IMG/VR virus record: IMGVR_UViG_3300046615_000451
Location: 1 to 64,000 of that record
Reading direction: 5' to 3' (one strand)
Length of the DNA stretch: 64,000 nt
From: a virus
Taxonomy: Duplodnaviria; Caudoviricetes
Numbering within the stretch: position 1 is the stretch's first letter; every line of letters begins with the position of its first letter. Positions 19,140 through 29,600 of the stretch are shown here, piece after piece. Below the pieces are notes generated by a model. The model was not told the DNA's origin, searched no databases, and was given only the letters and a program-made list of their open reading frames with translations. Made by a program: the position numbers and the translations under genes.

Positions 19140-19529
19140 GGAGCGCGCAATGTTAGACGGCCACCTTTCCGCTATGGTATACAGCACGCCGAATTGAGGC
19201 GATCCGCCTAGCGCACCAAACTGGAGACGAAAAAAAAGAACCACTCCCGACCAAGGCAATAGGTTCTTTTTTTAACAACGATATGCAACAAATAAATGAT
19301 CAATCCGTAAGCTTTCCTTGCTTACCCCGTGCTATCGGAAGATGGCGCCAGGGGGATCTGCTTTGTTGACGTCCCGAGTATACCACAGGCTCGGGATCTG
19401 CAAAGTTTCCAGCCTTTTCCAAGAATTCTCTAACGGTGTTTTGCTGATCCAGCCGCGTGGCTGTGTCTTTCGGCTCCCGTTCGTGTCCGTGTTTTTTGCC
19501 GTCAGCATCCAATCTTTAGGGGGTGCTCG

Positions 19530-20555
19530 ATGAGCATCGTTCGCGCCGCACGAAAAGCCCAGTTCTACAACCTGCCCACCAACATCGTCGATGACGATCG
19601 GTTGTCGTGGGAGGCCCGCGGCATGCTGGTTTACCTACTGAGCAAGCCGGATATGTGGACGGTGCAGGTGCGGGATCTGATGAACCGCACCAAGAACGCC
19701 ATAGGCAAGTCTGCTGGCAAAGACAAGGTGTACAGCATCCTCAACGAGCTACGCGCCGCAGGGTATGTCTACCGGGAGTTCAGGCGGGAGGGCGGAAACT
19801 TCGTGGGGGTGGATTACGAAGTGTCTGAGACGCCTGATTTAGAGGCTGCTGCCGAATATGTGCAGTCCTTGGAAGTGAAAGCCAGCGCACCGTTTCCGGA
19901 TTTGACGGAAACGGTAGATCCGGCGCCACCGTTTCCGGATTTGGCGGAAACGGCGGAATCGTTTACGGCAAAGCCCGAAACATTAGACAGTACTGAAAGA
20001 GCAACAAGTATTGAAAAAGCAGTAAAACCTATCACCGACCCCCTGGTAGCAAAATCTGACCAGGATCAGGGCGCCGATATCGACTCAACGCTACCCGCTG
20101 ATTACCCAAGCGAATACCCACGCAATCCGGCCAGTACGATCTATGCCGCCTGGCTGGCGTATGCCGTGGCCTTCCGTGAGAGGTACAAGCTTTGGCCGGT
20201 CTACAACGCCACCGTGGCCGGGATCATGGGCAAGGCCGTGGCTCGCATCCAAGACGCAACGCCAGCCGCTGCGACCCATTACGTCAAGCATGAATCCGCC
20301 GCGTCACTGACTGACAAGCTCCACCCCGTCGCCATCTTTTTGAAGCATTGCGAAAGCTACGCCGGCAAGGCCGTGCTGACCGAGCAAAGCCAAAAGCGAG
20401 CGGACAGAGCGGCGGTGGCCGTGCAGGAAGCGGAACGAGCCAGCGCAGCAGCGCCCCAGGCAATCGAAAACACTAAATCCACACCGTCGCCAGCCTCCAC
20501 CGGCGCCGCAGCCCTGAGCGCGCTCAAAACTCGCGTGGGCATCCCGAGCAAGTGA
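19530..20555 (+). CDS. Phage replication initiator (N-terminal winged HTH)
   Basis: LSWEARGMLVYLLSKPD..W and GKDKVYSILNELRAAGY; internal repeats. Confidence 0.8.
   Translation: MSIVRAARKAQFYNLPTNIVDDDRLSWEARGMLVYLLSKPDMWTVQVRDLMNRTKNAIGKSAGKDKVYSILNELRAAGYVYREFRREGGNFVGVDYEVSETPDLEAAAEYVQSLEVKASAPFPDLTETVDPAPPFPDLAETAESFTAKPETLDSTERATSIEKAVKPITDPLVAKSDQDQGADIDSTLPADYPSEYPRNPASTIYAAWLAYAVAFRERYKLWPVYNATVAGIMGKAVARIQDATPAAATHYVKHESAASLTDKLHPVAIFLKHCESYAGKAVLTEQSQKRADRAAVAVQEAERASAAAPQAIENTKSTPSPASTGAAALSALKTRVGIPSK
19888..19953. repeat. Two 27-bp direct repeats (26/27 identical, period 39), each palindromic; putative origin iterons
   Basis: caccgtttccggatttg(a/g)cggaaacgg at 19888-19914 and 19927-19953. 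Confidence 0.7.
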
Positions 20556-20600
20556 TTCACCCGTAACGCCAAACACTCAATCGCCAGAGAGAAAACAACC

Positions 20601-21008
20601 ATGCGCTATTCCGGTAAAAACCCAACCAAGGCCCAAGACCAGTGGTTCAACGACGTTGCGGACATTTGCGGTTGCATCTGCTGCATGTTGGACGGCTTCA
20701 AGCGGGACTTTTCAGAGCAGGCCCACGTTTCGATCCACCACTGTGACGGCCGCACCAAGCCCCACGCGCATTTCTTTGTGCTGCCGCTGTGCGCTGGACA
20801 CCACCAAAACGGCTATGGCCAGCGACCGGGGATGTTGGCGGTTCACGGCCACAAAGCGCGCTGGATTGAGCAGTACGGCAGCGAAATCGAACTGGTGGGG
20901 ATGTGTGTCCAGATGGTAGACGCCTCGGGCCGCGCGGTACCGGATGGCGTGCGGGCACTGGTGACCGCTTGGGAACAGAGCAATCACGATTCGACTGAGG
21001 CCGCCTGA
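20601..21008 (+). CDS. ref: Ref-like recombination-enhancement HNH nuclease
   Basis: CGCICC...IHH...H..VLPLC.GHH pattern. Confidence 0.7.
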   Translation: MRYSGKNPTKAQDQWFNDVADICGCICCMLDGFKRDFSEQAHVSIHHCDGRTKPHAHFFVLPLCAGHHQNGYGQRPGMLAVHGHKARWIEQYGSEIELVGMCVQMVDASGRAVPDGVRALVTAWEQSNHDSTEAA

Positions 21009-21217
21009 TGAGCGACACCGAACAAGTACAGGCACCGGCAAAAAGGAGCACGAAGGTTTGCCGGTGCGGGAGTACAGCCCTGATCACATTCAAGTCGCTC
21101 AACCGCAAGCGGTGCAGTGACTGCAACAAGCTCATGTACTGGCCGCTCGACGAAGGCCAGCAACCACTCAACGGCCACCACCGGGCGGGCCGCAAGAACA
21201 AGGATCAACCAAAATGA
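21008..21217 (+). CDS. Small zinc-ribbon protein
   Basis: CRCG...CSDC. Confidence 0.55.
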   Translation: MSDTEQVQAPAKRSTKVCRCGSTALITFKSLNRKRCSDCNKLMYWPLDEGQQPLNGHHRAGRKNKDQPK

Positions 21218-21654
21218 AAGCCAAACGTATCGGCACCCACGATCTGCCACTGCCTGAGCGCGCCAAGGCCCGAGACTTCGGTTACGACCTGCGCACCGCA
21301 CACATGGTGTACCTGCCGCCTGGCAAGCGCACCACAATCCATACCGGCTTCGCCTATGAGTTCCTGGCCGACCAGGGCGCGCAAATCTGGCCGCGCAGTG
21401 GGTTGGCGGAAAAGCACGGTATCGACGTATTGGCCGGACTGGTCGACGGTGGCTATCAGGGTGAGGTGAAAGTGATCCTGGTCAACCACGGCGATGAGCC
21501 GGTGACGTTTGAGGCGGGGGATAGAATCGCGCAGATGGTAATCGTTACCCGTGTAATGCCGACGTTCTTCGGTACAGAGCTGGTCGAGGTGGAAGAGTTC
21601 ACCACGGCCTCAGACCGTGGCGCCGGCGGTTTCGGCCACACTGGCGCCGCGTAG
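21214..21654 (+). CDS. dut: Trimeric dUTPase
   Basis: RSGLA, GLVDGGYQGEV and RGAGGFGHTG motifs. Confidence 0.95.
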   Translation: MKAKRIGTHDLPLPERAKARDFGYDLRTAHMVYLPPGKRTTIHTGFAYEFLADQGAQIWPRSGLAEKHGIDVLAGLVDGGYQGEVKVILVNHGDEPVTFEAGDRIAQMVIVTRVMPTFFGTELVEVEEFTTASDRGAGGFGHTGAA

Positions 21655-21668
21655 CTTTGCCTTAGTGT

Positions 21669-21695
21669 GTCCGGGGATACTTTCTATCCCCGGAC
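21669..21695. terminator. 11-bp perfect hairpin after dut
   Basis: gtccggggata/tatccccggac; no strong U-tract. Confidence 0.45.
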
Positions 21696-21787
21696 GCAAT
21701 CCATAAGTTTTATTCAAATAAAGCTTTATAAAATTCAGGGCCTAATGATAATCTTGCGTCTTCACCAAAACGCCAGAGATAAACCCG

Positions 21788-22144
21788 ATGCCCACCCTCC
21801 CACTCATGTTTAGCCGGATGTCGGCGGACCTGTTAGCGCACCGAATGCGCTTCCTGGCCTGCCCTGAAATCCTGGCAGATTTGTACGACATCAACCCGCC
21901 GGCCGGGTTTGACCTTGAGCGCTGGGCCGATACCGCCCGTGCGCTGACCGAGGATCTGCAAGCCGGTAAAGCCATTACCCCCGATCAAGCCACCATCGCG
22001 TTGCTGGTCGAATCGCTTGAAGGCAATAGCGTGATCGCCAAAGCCCCTATGAGTAGTCGTGCCGGCCTGATTCAAGTGGCCGCCATGATTGCAACCCGTC
22101 TTAAGCCCTATGCAGGCCGCACGATTCATCCGGAGGTTCACTGA
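21788..22144 (+). CDS. Hypothetical phage protein
   Basis: First ORF after an AT-rich promoter region. Confidence 0.55.
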   Translation: MPTLPLMFSRMSADLLAHRMRFLACPEILADLYDINPPAGFDLERWADTARALTEDLQAGKAITPDQATIALLVESLEGNSVIAKAPMSSRAGLIQVAAMIATRLKPYAGRTIHPEVH

Positions 22145-22145
22145 T

Positions 22146-22814
22146 ATGACCGTTCAAACCCTAACCCCGGTCGGCGGCAAGCCTGATTGGGTTGGCGCGA
22201 TGGTGGGCAATCCCCGCTTTGAGTTCACCGCGCGTCTGTGTACCGGCAACGACAAGCTGCGCCTGATCGCCAAGCACCTGCCGACCTGCACCACGGCCGA
22301 GCTGGAGGTGTGCGCCGTCGGCAATTCCGACATGAATACCGCCCGTGTTGAGCTGTGCGAGAAACTGGTGGCGACCATGCTGCAAGAAGGCACGGTAGAT
22401 CACGGTATTAGCCAGTTCGCCAAACTGCTGCGCTGTGAGTACGCCAATCGCCTGATTCAGGTCATTTCCAGCTATGGCCGGTTCTTCTTTTACTCCCGGT
22501 CGTGCGACAGCGTGGCGCGGCTGACCTTTGACCAGCGGGTTTACTTGCACGATGAGAAAGGCGCCACGATTGAGGTTAAGGCATCCAGCAAGTGGAAGGG
22601 GTTCAGCCACGGGGGCACGCTGCGCGATCTGGTGTTGCAGATGCGCAACTACGTGATGCGGGGGGAGCGTATCGACCCGGCCTATCTCGGGATCGATCGT
22701 CGGCTGGGCGGAAACATTTGGGGCTACCCGCCTGAGCAGATGCGCCTGTGTCGTGAGGCGGCGCAGCAGCTGCCGATTATCAACGTGGCCACCCCAATGG
22801 AGTGCGCCGCATGA
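22146..22814 (+). CDS. Hypothetical phage protein, remote paralogue of 45236-45694
   Basis: Shared RV...D...W.GF...G...LV..(M/L)R.YV..G..I pattern. Confidence 0.6.
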   Translation: MTVQTLTPVGGKPDWVGAMVGNPRFEFTARLCTGNDKLRLIAKHLPTCTTAELEVCAVGNSDMNTARVELCEKLVATMLQEGTVDHGISQFAKLLRCEYANRLIQVISSYGRFFFYSRSCDSVARLTFDQRVYLHDEKGATIEVKASSKWKGFSHGGTLRDLVLQMRNYVMRGERIDPAYLGIDRRLGGNIWGYPPEQMRLCREAAQQLPIINVATPMECAA

Positions 22815-22960
22815 GCATTCACCTCGGGCCAAAGCCGTTTGGCCATATCAGCGTTAAGTCCGTTTGTGATGAGTGCGGCAAGGCGCGTAGCAGCGGTAAC
22901 CACGCGAAGTGCAGCAAGAAGCGCCAAGTTCGCACCGCCTCGCTGAGGGCTGGGCAATGA
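22811..22960 (+). CDS. 49-aa zinc-binding peptide, not in the ORF track
   Basis: MSIHLGPKPFGHISVKSVCDECGKARSSGNHAKCSKKRQ; ATGA overlaps at both ends. Confidence 0.6.
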   Translation: MSIHLGPKPFGHISVKSVCDECGKARSSGNHAKCSKKRQVRTASLRAGQ

Positions 22961-23343
22961 CCACCTCTGTCGCGCCACCGCTGGCGCCTGTCTTGACCGC
23001 CGCGGAACAGGACCAGATCGAAGCCGCCGAGCTGCAAAGCTGGCTGGTGGGTAATGCCCGGTCGATCCGCCCAGTGGCACGCGTTGGGCTTATGGGTTGG
23101 GCGCTGGCGGCACTCAAGGCCAACCCTGCACTGGCCGAGCTGCATATTCTTGAAGAGGTCTGCGCCTTCTACGCGAATGACGAAGACACTTTTAACCGTG
23201 AAGGCGGGGAGCCTTTCGGCTCGATCCCTACTGAGGTCGGCATGAAAGCCCGCCAGGCCCGCGAACGGTTCATTGAGCGGGAAGAACGGGCCAATAGCGC
23301 TATTGAGTTAAAGCGTTATAACTCTTTAGAGTCGGGCGAATGA
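22957..23343 (+). CDS. Hypothetical phage protein
   Basis: Coupled ORF. Confidence 0.55.
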   Translation: MTTSVAPPLAPVLTAAEQDQIEAAELQSWLVGNARSIRPVARVGLMGWALAALKANPALAELHILEEVCAFYANDEDTFNREGGEPFGSIPTEVGMKARQARERFIEREERANSAIELKRYNSLESGE

Positions 23344-23717
23344 TGCGGGCCGCCGAGATACAGACCGACATGTTTGCCATGCCGGTCGAAGCGTCGAAGC
23401 CGGTACCCATGGCGCCGGTGGCCAGCGTGGAAAGCCGGGCACTCAATGCGGTGTATGGCGAGTATCTGGAGCACAGCATTCGCTATTACCTCCTGGACGC
23501 CCCTTTAGTTTCAGACGCTTATTTCGACGGCCTTTGCAAAACGCTGCTGGCCGGCTGGGAGCTGGTCACGCACCGGTTCAAACACATGTGTGACGAATCG
23601 GCCTTGCATGCCGGGACGGGGTTTCAGTTGCCATTTCACGAGCTGGACCCAATCGTCTGGATGTGCCGCCAGCACCACGAAACCCCACTCAAAGACATTT
23701 ACGGAATCCACCCATGA
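23340..23717 (+). CDS. Stand-alone NAD+-ligase subdomain Ia-like (Nlig-Ia) protein
   Basis: HSIRYYLLDAPLVSDAYFDGL matches the LigA domain Ia pattern H..YYV.D.P...DAEYD.L. Confidence 0.65.
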   Translation: MMRAAEIQTDMFAMPVEASKPVPMAPVASVESRALNAVYGEYLEHSIRYYLLDAPLVSDAYFDGLCKTLLAGWELVTHRFKHMCDESALHAGTGFQLPFHELDPIVWMCRQHHETPLKDIYGIHP

Positions 23718-24448
23718 ATAACCAAGCCCCCGCCGTCGCTATTACCCGCCACTCCGCTACAACCCTGCGCTTTGCCACTGGTGACCTGGCGAAGGCCGAG
23801 TATGTGGACGCCAAGCTGTTGGACGAAGCCCTGGCGCGCATTGCCGAGCTTGAGGCGCCAGTGGCCCAGCACCAGGGCGCACCGGCAACGCTTCGATTCC
23901 CCACCATGCTGCGCAAGATGTGGTCGGGTGGTGAGGTTCAGAGTTGGATCGAAGAGCAAGGCCCGCTTTATCGTCAGCCAATGCAGTACCAGGGCGATGC
24001 GGCAACGCTCCAGCAGGTTTATGACGTGTTCGGTGTTGGTGAGCTGGCGCGTACCCCCAGCACGCTGCTGACCTGTCTGCACAACGTGAAACGGTTTTCC
24101 GATCTTCTGCACGCCGTGGAGCGTGAGTTTTTCATGGTGCCGGGTGAGCCGTCTGGTGAGCCGGAGGACGAAGGGGCGCCGGTTGACGACGATTGCCTGG
24201 TGAATTGCTGGGGATCGTCACAAGAGCAATACCTTGAGCAGTTCCGTACCGCGCTGCTGCTGATTTCCAAGCCAGCAGGGGAACCGGTGGCGCATATCCA
24301 GTTTGGCGAGGTTGATTCGGGCGAGATTGGCGATTACGAGATTGAGCCAAACCGTAAGGTCTGCGAGGCCTTGAACTTGGCGGATAACGGGAATGCGTCG
24401 ATCTATGACCTGTATCTGTTCCCGCGCCAGGAATCCGCCGAGCAATGA
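23714..24448 (+). CDS. Hypothetical mosaic phage protein
   Basis: Coupled ORF. Confidence 0.55.
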   Translation: MNNQAPAVAITRHSATTLRFATGDLAKAEYVDAKLLDEALARIAELEAPVAQHQGAPATLRFPTMLRKMWSGGEVQSWIEEQGPLYRQPMQYQGDAATLQQVYDVFGVGELARTPSTLLTCLHNVKRFSDLLHAVEREFFMVPGEPSGEPEDEGAPVDDDCLVNCWGSSQEQYLEQFRTALLLISKPAGEPVAHIQFGEVDSGEIGDYEIEPNRKVCEALNLADNGNASIYDLYLFPRQESAEQ

Positions 24449-24584
24449 CCAAGCACCTCGTTTGGTTCCCGCCCCAGTACGGTAATCCCGGCGCTTGGCG
24501 CGAATGCACCGTAGACCGGTTCGGCGTGTGGCGTGGCCCGACCGGCTCGTACATTCCGGCCCCTAGCCCTGATCGAGTAAAAAC

Positions 24585-25001
24585 ATGAAAGCACTGACAA
24601 TTCGCCAGCCATGGGCCTGGCTGATCATCCACGGCGGCAAGGACATCGAAAACCGCTCGTGGCACACAAAGTTTCGCGGGCGCTTCCTGGTGCATGCCGC
24701 CAAGGGGATGACAAGGGACGAATACGCCGACGCTTACCAATTCGCCCTGGAATGCGGCATTACCGACCTACCGCGTTTCGCAGAACTGGAGCGCGGCGGG
24801 ATTGTTGGCTCTGTTGAGCTGGTCGACAGCTTGGACCGTAGCGATTCGCCCTGGTACATGGGCCAGAAGGCTTTCCTGCTGCGCGATCCTCAGCCTATCC
24901 CGTTCATTCCGTACACCGGCCAGCTCCAATTTTTCGAAGTGCCTGACAATCTTGTTGCCCGGTGCCGAATCCCTACAGCCTTCAAGGGAGAATCCAAATG
25001 A
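24585..25001 (+). CDS. ASCH domain protein
   Basis: ALTIRQPWAWLIIHGGKDIENRSW. Confidence 0.88.
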   Translation: MKALTIRQPWAWLIIHGGKDIENRSWHTKFRGRFLVHAAKGMTRDEYADAYQFALECGITDLPRFAELERGGIVGSVELVDSLDRSDSPWYMGQKAFLLRDPQPIPFIPYTGQLQFFEVPDNLVARCRIPTAFKGESK

Positions 25002-25807
25002 CCGACATCGACCCTACCGAGCTTGAGCGCGTTATTCGCAAGATCAAGCACTGCCTGGCGCTGTCGACCAGCGCCAACGAGCACGAAGCGGCGGCCGCCA
25101 TGCGTCAGGCTCAAAAGCTGATGGCCAAGTATCGACTCACCGAGGCAGAGGTGAACCTGAGTGACGTGGGCGAGGCCCGTAGCGACCTGTCCAAGGCCAA
25201 GCGCGACGTGTGGGACTGCATGTTGTCGTCCATGGTCGGCACGGTGTTCGACTGTGAGGTGCTGACAGTAAAGGGCTACAACCAAATCACCCTCAAGCGT
25301 ATCGAGCGGGCCATGTTTGTGGGTGTGAAACCGGCGCCGGAAATTGCCAAGTACGCCTATGAAACACTGCACCGTCAGTGCTCAGGCGCTCGTAAGGCGT
25401 ATATCGAGCGGATCAAGCGCGGAGAGGTTCCAGAAGCGCCGGGAACCCCCAATACCCGAGGCAACCACTTCGCGTTTTATTGGGTGGGCGTGGTCGAGGA
25501 CAAGCTGCGGGCGCTGGTGCCGGATGGTGAAGACACGCCAGAGCAGGCCGAAAGCAATGCTCGCGCGCTGATCGTGATCAAGTCCAACAACCAGGAGCTG
25601 ATCACGGCCTACATAAGAGACCTCACGGGCGGCAAGGGGCCGACCGAAGGGACAAACCATCGTAAGTGCAAGGTATCCCCGGTGGACGCTCATTTTGGCA
25701 TCAGGGCGGGGCGTCAGGCTCAGGTCAATCATGGCGTGGGCACTACCGGCGAACCACTGGCCGCCATTGGCCAGCCACCCGTAGGCACGCAAGGGAGCTT
25801 TCTGTGA
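24998..25807 (+). CDS. DUF2786-like protein
   Basis: KIKHCLALSTSANEHEAAAAMRQAQKLMAKY. Confidence 0.8.
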   Translation: MTDIDPTELERVIRKIKHCLALSTSANEHEAAAAMRQAQKLMAKYRLTEAEVNLSDVGEARSDLSKAKRDVWDCMLSSMVGTVFDCEVLTVKGYNQITLKRIERAMFVGVKPAPEIAKYAYETLHRQCSGARKAYIERIKRGEVPEAPGTPNTRGNHFAFYWVGVVEDKLRALVPDGEDTPEQAESNARALIVIKSNNQELITAYIRDLTGGKGPTEGTNHRKCKVSPVDAHFGIRAGRQAQVNHGVGTTGEPLAAIGQPPVGTQGSFL

Positions 25808-26427
25808 GCGAATTCCTATTGCAGGACTCCCGCGGCAACACCGGCGACCGCCTGATGTTTTGGGCGGCGGGCGGCGGGTACACGACGAACCTGGTCGCGG
25901 CTCAGCGCTACACCAAGGAAGAGGCGGCCAGTCAGAACGAAAGCCGGGAAACCGATCTGCCTTGGCCGGTTGATTACCTGATGGCGCGTCACACGCTGGC
26001 GGTCGATTGCCAGTATGTGAATCCGGACGATATCGCGGCGCAGCTGGACGGTACCGAGCCGGTCTATCTGTACGCGGCCCGCGCCTGGGATGGCAATGAT
26101 CTGCTGTGGCAGACCAATGATGGTCGGCATAGCGACAACCTGGCCGAGGCTGAGGCGTTTGAGGGGCGCGTGGGTGTCTCCGTGGGCGCTGTCGCCAGCA
26201 ATGGCCTGAGAGCGATCCCTAAGGCCGTCGCTGACTCACTGGCGCGCAAGGTGGTGGCCGCCGGCAACGTAAAGCACAAGGAAGCACTGAGAGGAACGGG
26301 GATTATCCTTACCAAGCCCCCGAAGCTCAGGGTGTTCCGCGACCGGTGCGGCGGCTGCGGGGTGTTTATCTCCGACGCCCAGCGCTTCCAGGACTGCCCC
26401 AGGTGCGGAGGGAGTAACGCGCCATAG
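25804..26427 (+). CDS. Conserved phage hypothetical protein with C-terminal zinc ribbon
   Basis: LQDSR...FW....GYTTNL..A..YT; CGGC...CPRC. Confidence 0.65.
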   Translation: MSEFLLQDSRGNTGDRLMFWAAGGGYTTNLVAAQRYTKEEAASQNESRETDLPWPVDYLMARHTLAVDCQYVNPDDIAAQLDGTEPVYLYAARAWDGNDLLWQTNDGRHSDNLAEAEAFEGRVGVSVGAVASNGLRAIPKAVADSLARKVVAAGNVKHKEALRGTGIILTKPPKLRVFRDRCGGCGVFISDAQRFQDCPRCGGSNAP

Positions 26428-26456
26428 CGGCAACCCACAAGCGACATGATCCATTC

Positions 26457-26487
26457 AACGGCAAAGCGCCAAAACGCTTTGCCGTTT
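26457..26487 (+). terminator. Intrinsic terminator-like hairpin
   Basis: aacggcaaagcg/cgctttgccgtt 12-bp stem followed by a T-rich tail. Confidence 0.65.
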
Positions 26488-26675
26488 CTGTTTGAAGCGA
26501 CGACAGCGACTGCCCGGCCAAAGGCATAAAGATTCGACTAACTGCAAAGAGTTAAGGCGTTAAAACGTTAATGACACATTAGCGTTTTTATGTAATTATG
26601 CCGTTACTCCGCCAGAGATAAGGATTACCCCCATGAACGATTACCAAGCAATGGCTCCCGGCCAGGAGCACGCAA

Positions 26676-29600
26676 ATGGCTGAATACCTGTTAGTCACTC
26701 GCGAGCTGCTGCAAGGGCTGTATGAGGATCTTGAGCGCGCTGCGCCCGAAATGCCGTCTTTGAAGTCTGACGCCGGCGCCCGTCGCAACTTGATGCGCCT
26801 CATTCTGGCCCGCCAGCCGTCCGAGCATGTCCGCCCGATGCCGACCACTACGGAAGAGCTGGCGGAACAGGCGAAAGCGACGGCCGAACGCTTGCGCCAT
26901 GCCGAGCGCTTGTTGCACCGGTGCCGGCCGCTGATCGTCGAAGGGGGGCGCCATGTCGAAGTCGGATCGGTGACTGAATCTGTAGAGCGGTTCCTTAAAA
27001 CTGCATACCGTGGGGGTGAGGAATGAGCACGACAGACGGACCAGTTCGCCACGACATCATGTTCAGCATGTCCGCCGCGAGCCATGGGCGCGTGATTCTG
27101 CTGCTGAGCCAGTGTGGCCACAAAAACCTCAATCTGTTGCTGGCGCGTGGTCTGGCGCTGGTGCAATGGGTGGAGGATCAGCAAGACCTTGGCCGCACCA
27201 TTGGCGCCGTGATTTATGGCGATGAGGGTGTAGACGTGGCAGAACTGGAAGAGCGCCCGGAGCTGTTGAAGCCTCAGCCGCGGCCCCAGTCGTTGACTCA
27301 ACCCAAGGTCGTCGCCCCGGTACCGGTACAAGAGTCGGCGCCGGTGGTGGAGCCAACTCCAGCCCCAAAGCCTGAGCCGGTGGCCACGCCTGCGCCGGTG
27401 ATCGATCCCGCCAAGCTGGTGGCGCGTCCCAAGATGCCGCCCCCGGTAACGCAGCCGAAATACCGCGCCCCAAGTGGCCGTGAGCAGGTATTGCGCGCCC
27501 ATATCCCCAATGACAACGGCCCGGTAAAGAGCCATTCGTGGGTGTGCTGGAAGTTTAAGCAGGAAAAGCGTCTGCCGCCGATCCTCATTGGTGATGACCG
27601 GGCGCTACCGGGGGAGTTGAGCCTTGAGCACCTGCCAGAGCTTGAGCGCATGTTGGTGGACGCTCGCCACGCCACGCACTTCCAGCTGACCAAAGAGAAC
27701 TACCTTGCCTACTACGCCTTCCAGCACGGTACCGGGAAGCGCGGCGGCTGGTGCTATGTCGAAGAAGGTTCTATGCAGCTGCGCAAGGATGACCAATGCG
27801 ACGGCGGGCTGTTTGCGATCTTTCCGGTGGTGATGGCTGTCGAGTACTTGCGCCGTCTGGCCAATCCGCGGGCTTCGGTGGCCCGCGCATGAACGGCCGG
27901 AAGCATTGCGCCTTTGAGGCGTTCGTGATCGATCAGCACAGTGCGCAGATGAAGGGCGCCGGGCACCAGTTCACCGAGGCGATGCGCCAGCACATGGTCA
28001 AAACGCTTGAGCATGGGCGTCCGTATTACAGCTTTATCGAAGGTGGGGAGCAGTGGCCCGCGTTCGAAGCGGCCTGGAATCTTTCGCGGGAGGCGCTGGT
28101 GATTACGTTGCCGGCGCGTGCCAAGCCGATCGAATTGATGATCGAAGGCCGTCCGATTTTCAGCATGAGCGGCGAAGGCCGTAACGCGGCGCTGGATGAA
28201 TGCCGTGCCAATATCGAATCAGAAGGGGTAACAGTCAGTGAATGAATCAACGAAATTTGACCTGTCCACGTCGGAAGGTGGGCGCGGTTACCTGGAGAAC
28301 CTGTTTCAGACGCAGCTCAAGCGCCACGACTTTACGAATTACATCCGCGTCGAGCTGGCGGCTGACTTCGCCTGCGCCCTGTCGCAGTACATCGCCCCCG
28401 CCCAGGCCGAAATCAACGCTGGTCTGGCTCGTGAGCAAGTGTTGCGGGAACAGCTGGAGCCCAAGACAGTGCGCGAGCTTCTTGAGTGCAACATGATCAA
28501 GAATCTTTCCGAAAAGCAACTCAACGACGGACTCAAGCAGTTGCACCGTGAGAATACGGACCTGCGCCGTCACCTTCACGAGGCCGCCACGTCGCTGGAA
28601 ACGATCAGCAAGCTGGCCGGTCGGGATGAGTTCATGAAGCACATGAGCCAGGTGTGTGGCTACGCTAATAGCCGCGCCACGGTGGCTCGTGCGTTCATGG
28701 ACCAGCTAGCAGAGGTAGATAATGCGCCGGTAGTGCTCCCTGACTCGGGACCGTATGGCGTTGAACTGCCAGCGCAGACCTGGGACCAGATACACCAACA
28801 CGCCAAGGAACTTGCCGAGTGTGCGAAGGACAGCAGCGACGTGACTTGTGAGCTTTCAGAGTCAGATATCAACGAGCTGATTTCCTTTGCCGTTGAGCTG
28901 ATGCGCCCGAAACCAGCCGAAGAGGCCGCGGGTGATGAGTAAGCATGTGATGGAATGCGTTGAGCTAGACGACGGCGGTAGCAGGGTATGCCTTGGCTGC
29001 CGCCAGTACGTGTACGGGAGCCTTACCGAAACCCCACCAGGTGAGTGCCCGACGCCGTACAAGTCCCCCAAGCAGCTGCTGACCGAGTCTGTAGCCCGTG
29101 AGGCAGCGTTGCGGGAAGAACTGGAAACATCAAGGATCGCACACCATGAAACGGCCAAGGTTGCCGACGCCCTGAAACAGCGCCTTGATAGCGAGTCTGG
29201 CGCAGTGTTGTGCCTTCAAGAGCGCCTGACAGCCGCCGCGCAGTGGAATACGGAGCTGGTTAGCGCCGTCCGTTCAATCAATCGCGGCAAGTATCATGAG
29301 GTCTTGGTGCCTGGTGACGATGAGCCGCAGTACAGGCAGCGTAAGGAGTGGGTTGATTGGGTGCTCGGCATTTGCGATGAGGTTTCCGCCACAACACCCA
29401 ATGAGCAGGGAGCGGTTGCGCTCGCACCGATGGTTGAGCGGATGAGTGGTGAGCAGGCCGGTTTGACATTCAAGTACCAGCACCCACTGACCAAGGAGAA
29501 CCGTAGCGTCAGCCTGACGAAAGCCGAGGTTGCCGCCGGGATGGAAGACACCTTGTATGAAAAGCTGGTCGCTCAGTTCTGCCAGTGCGAATCGGTAGGC

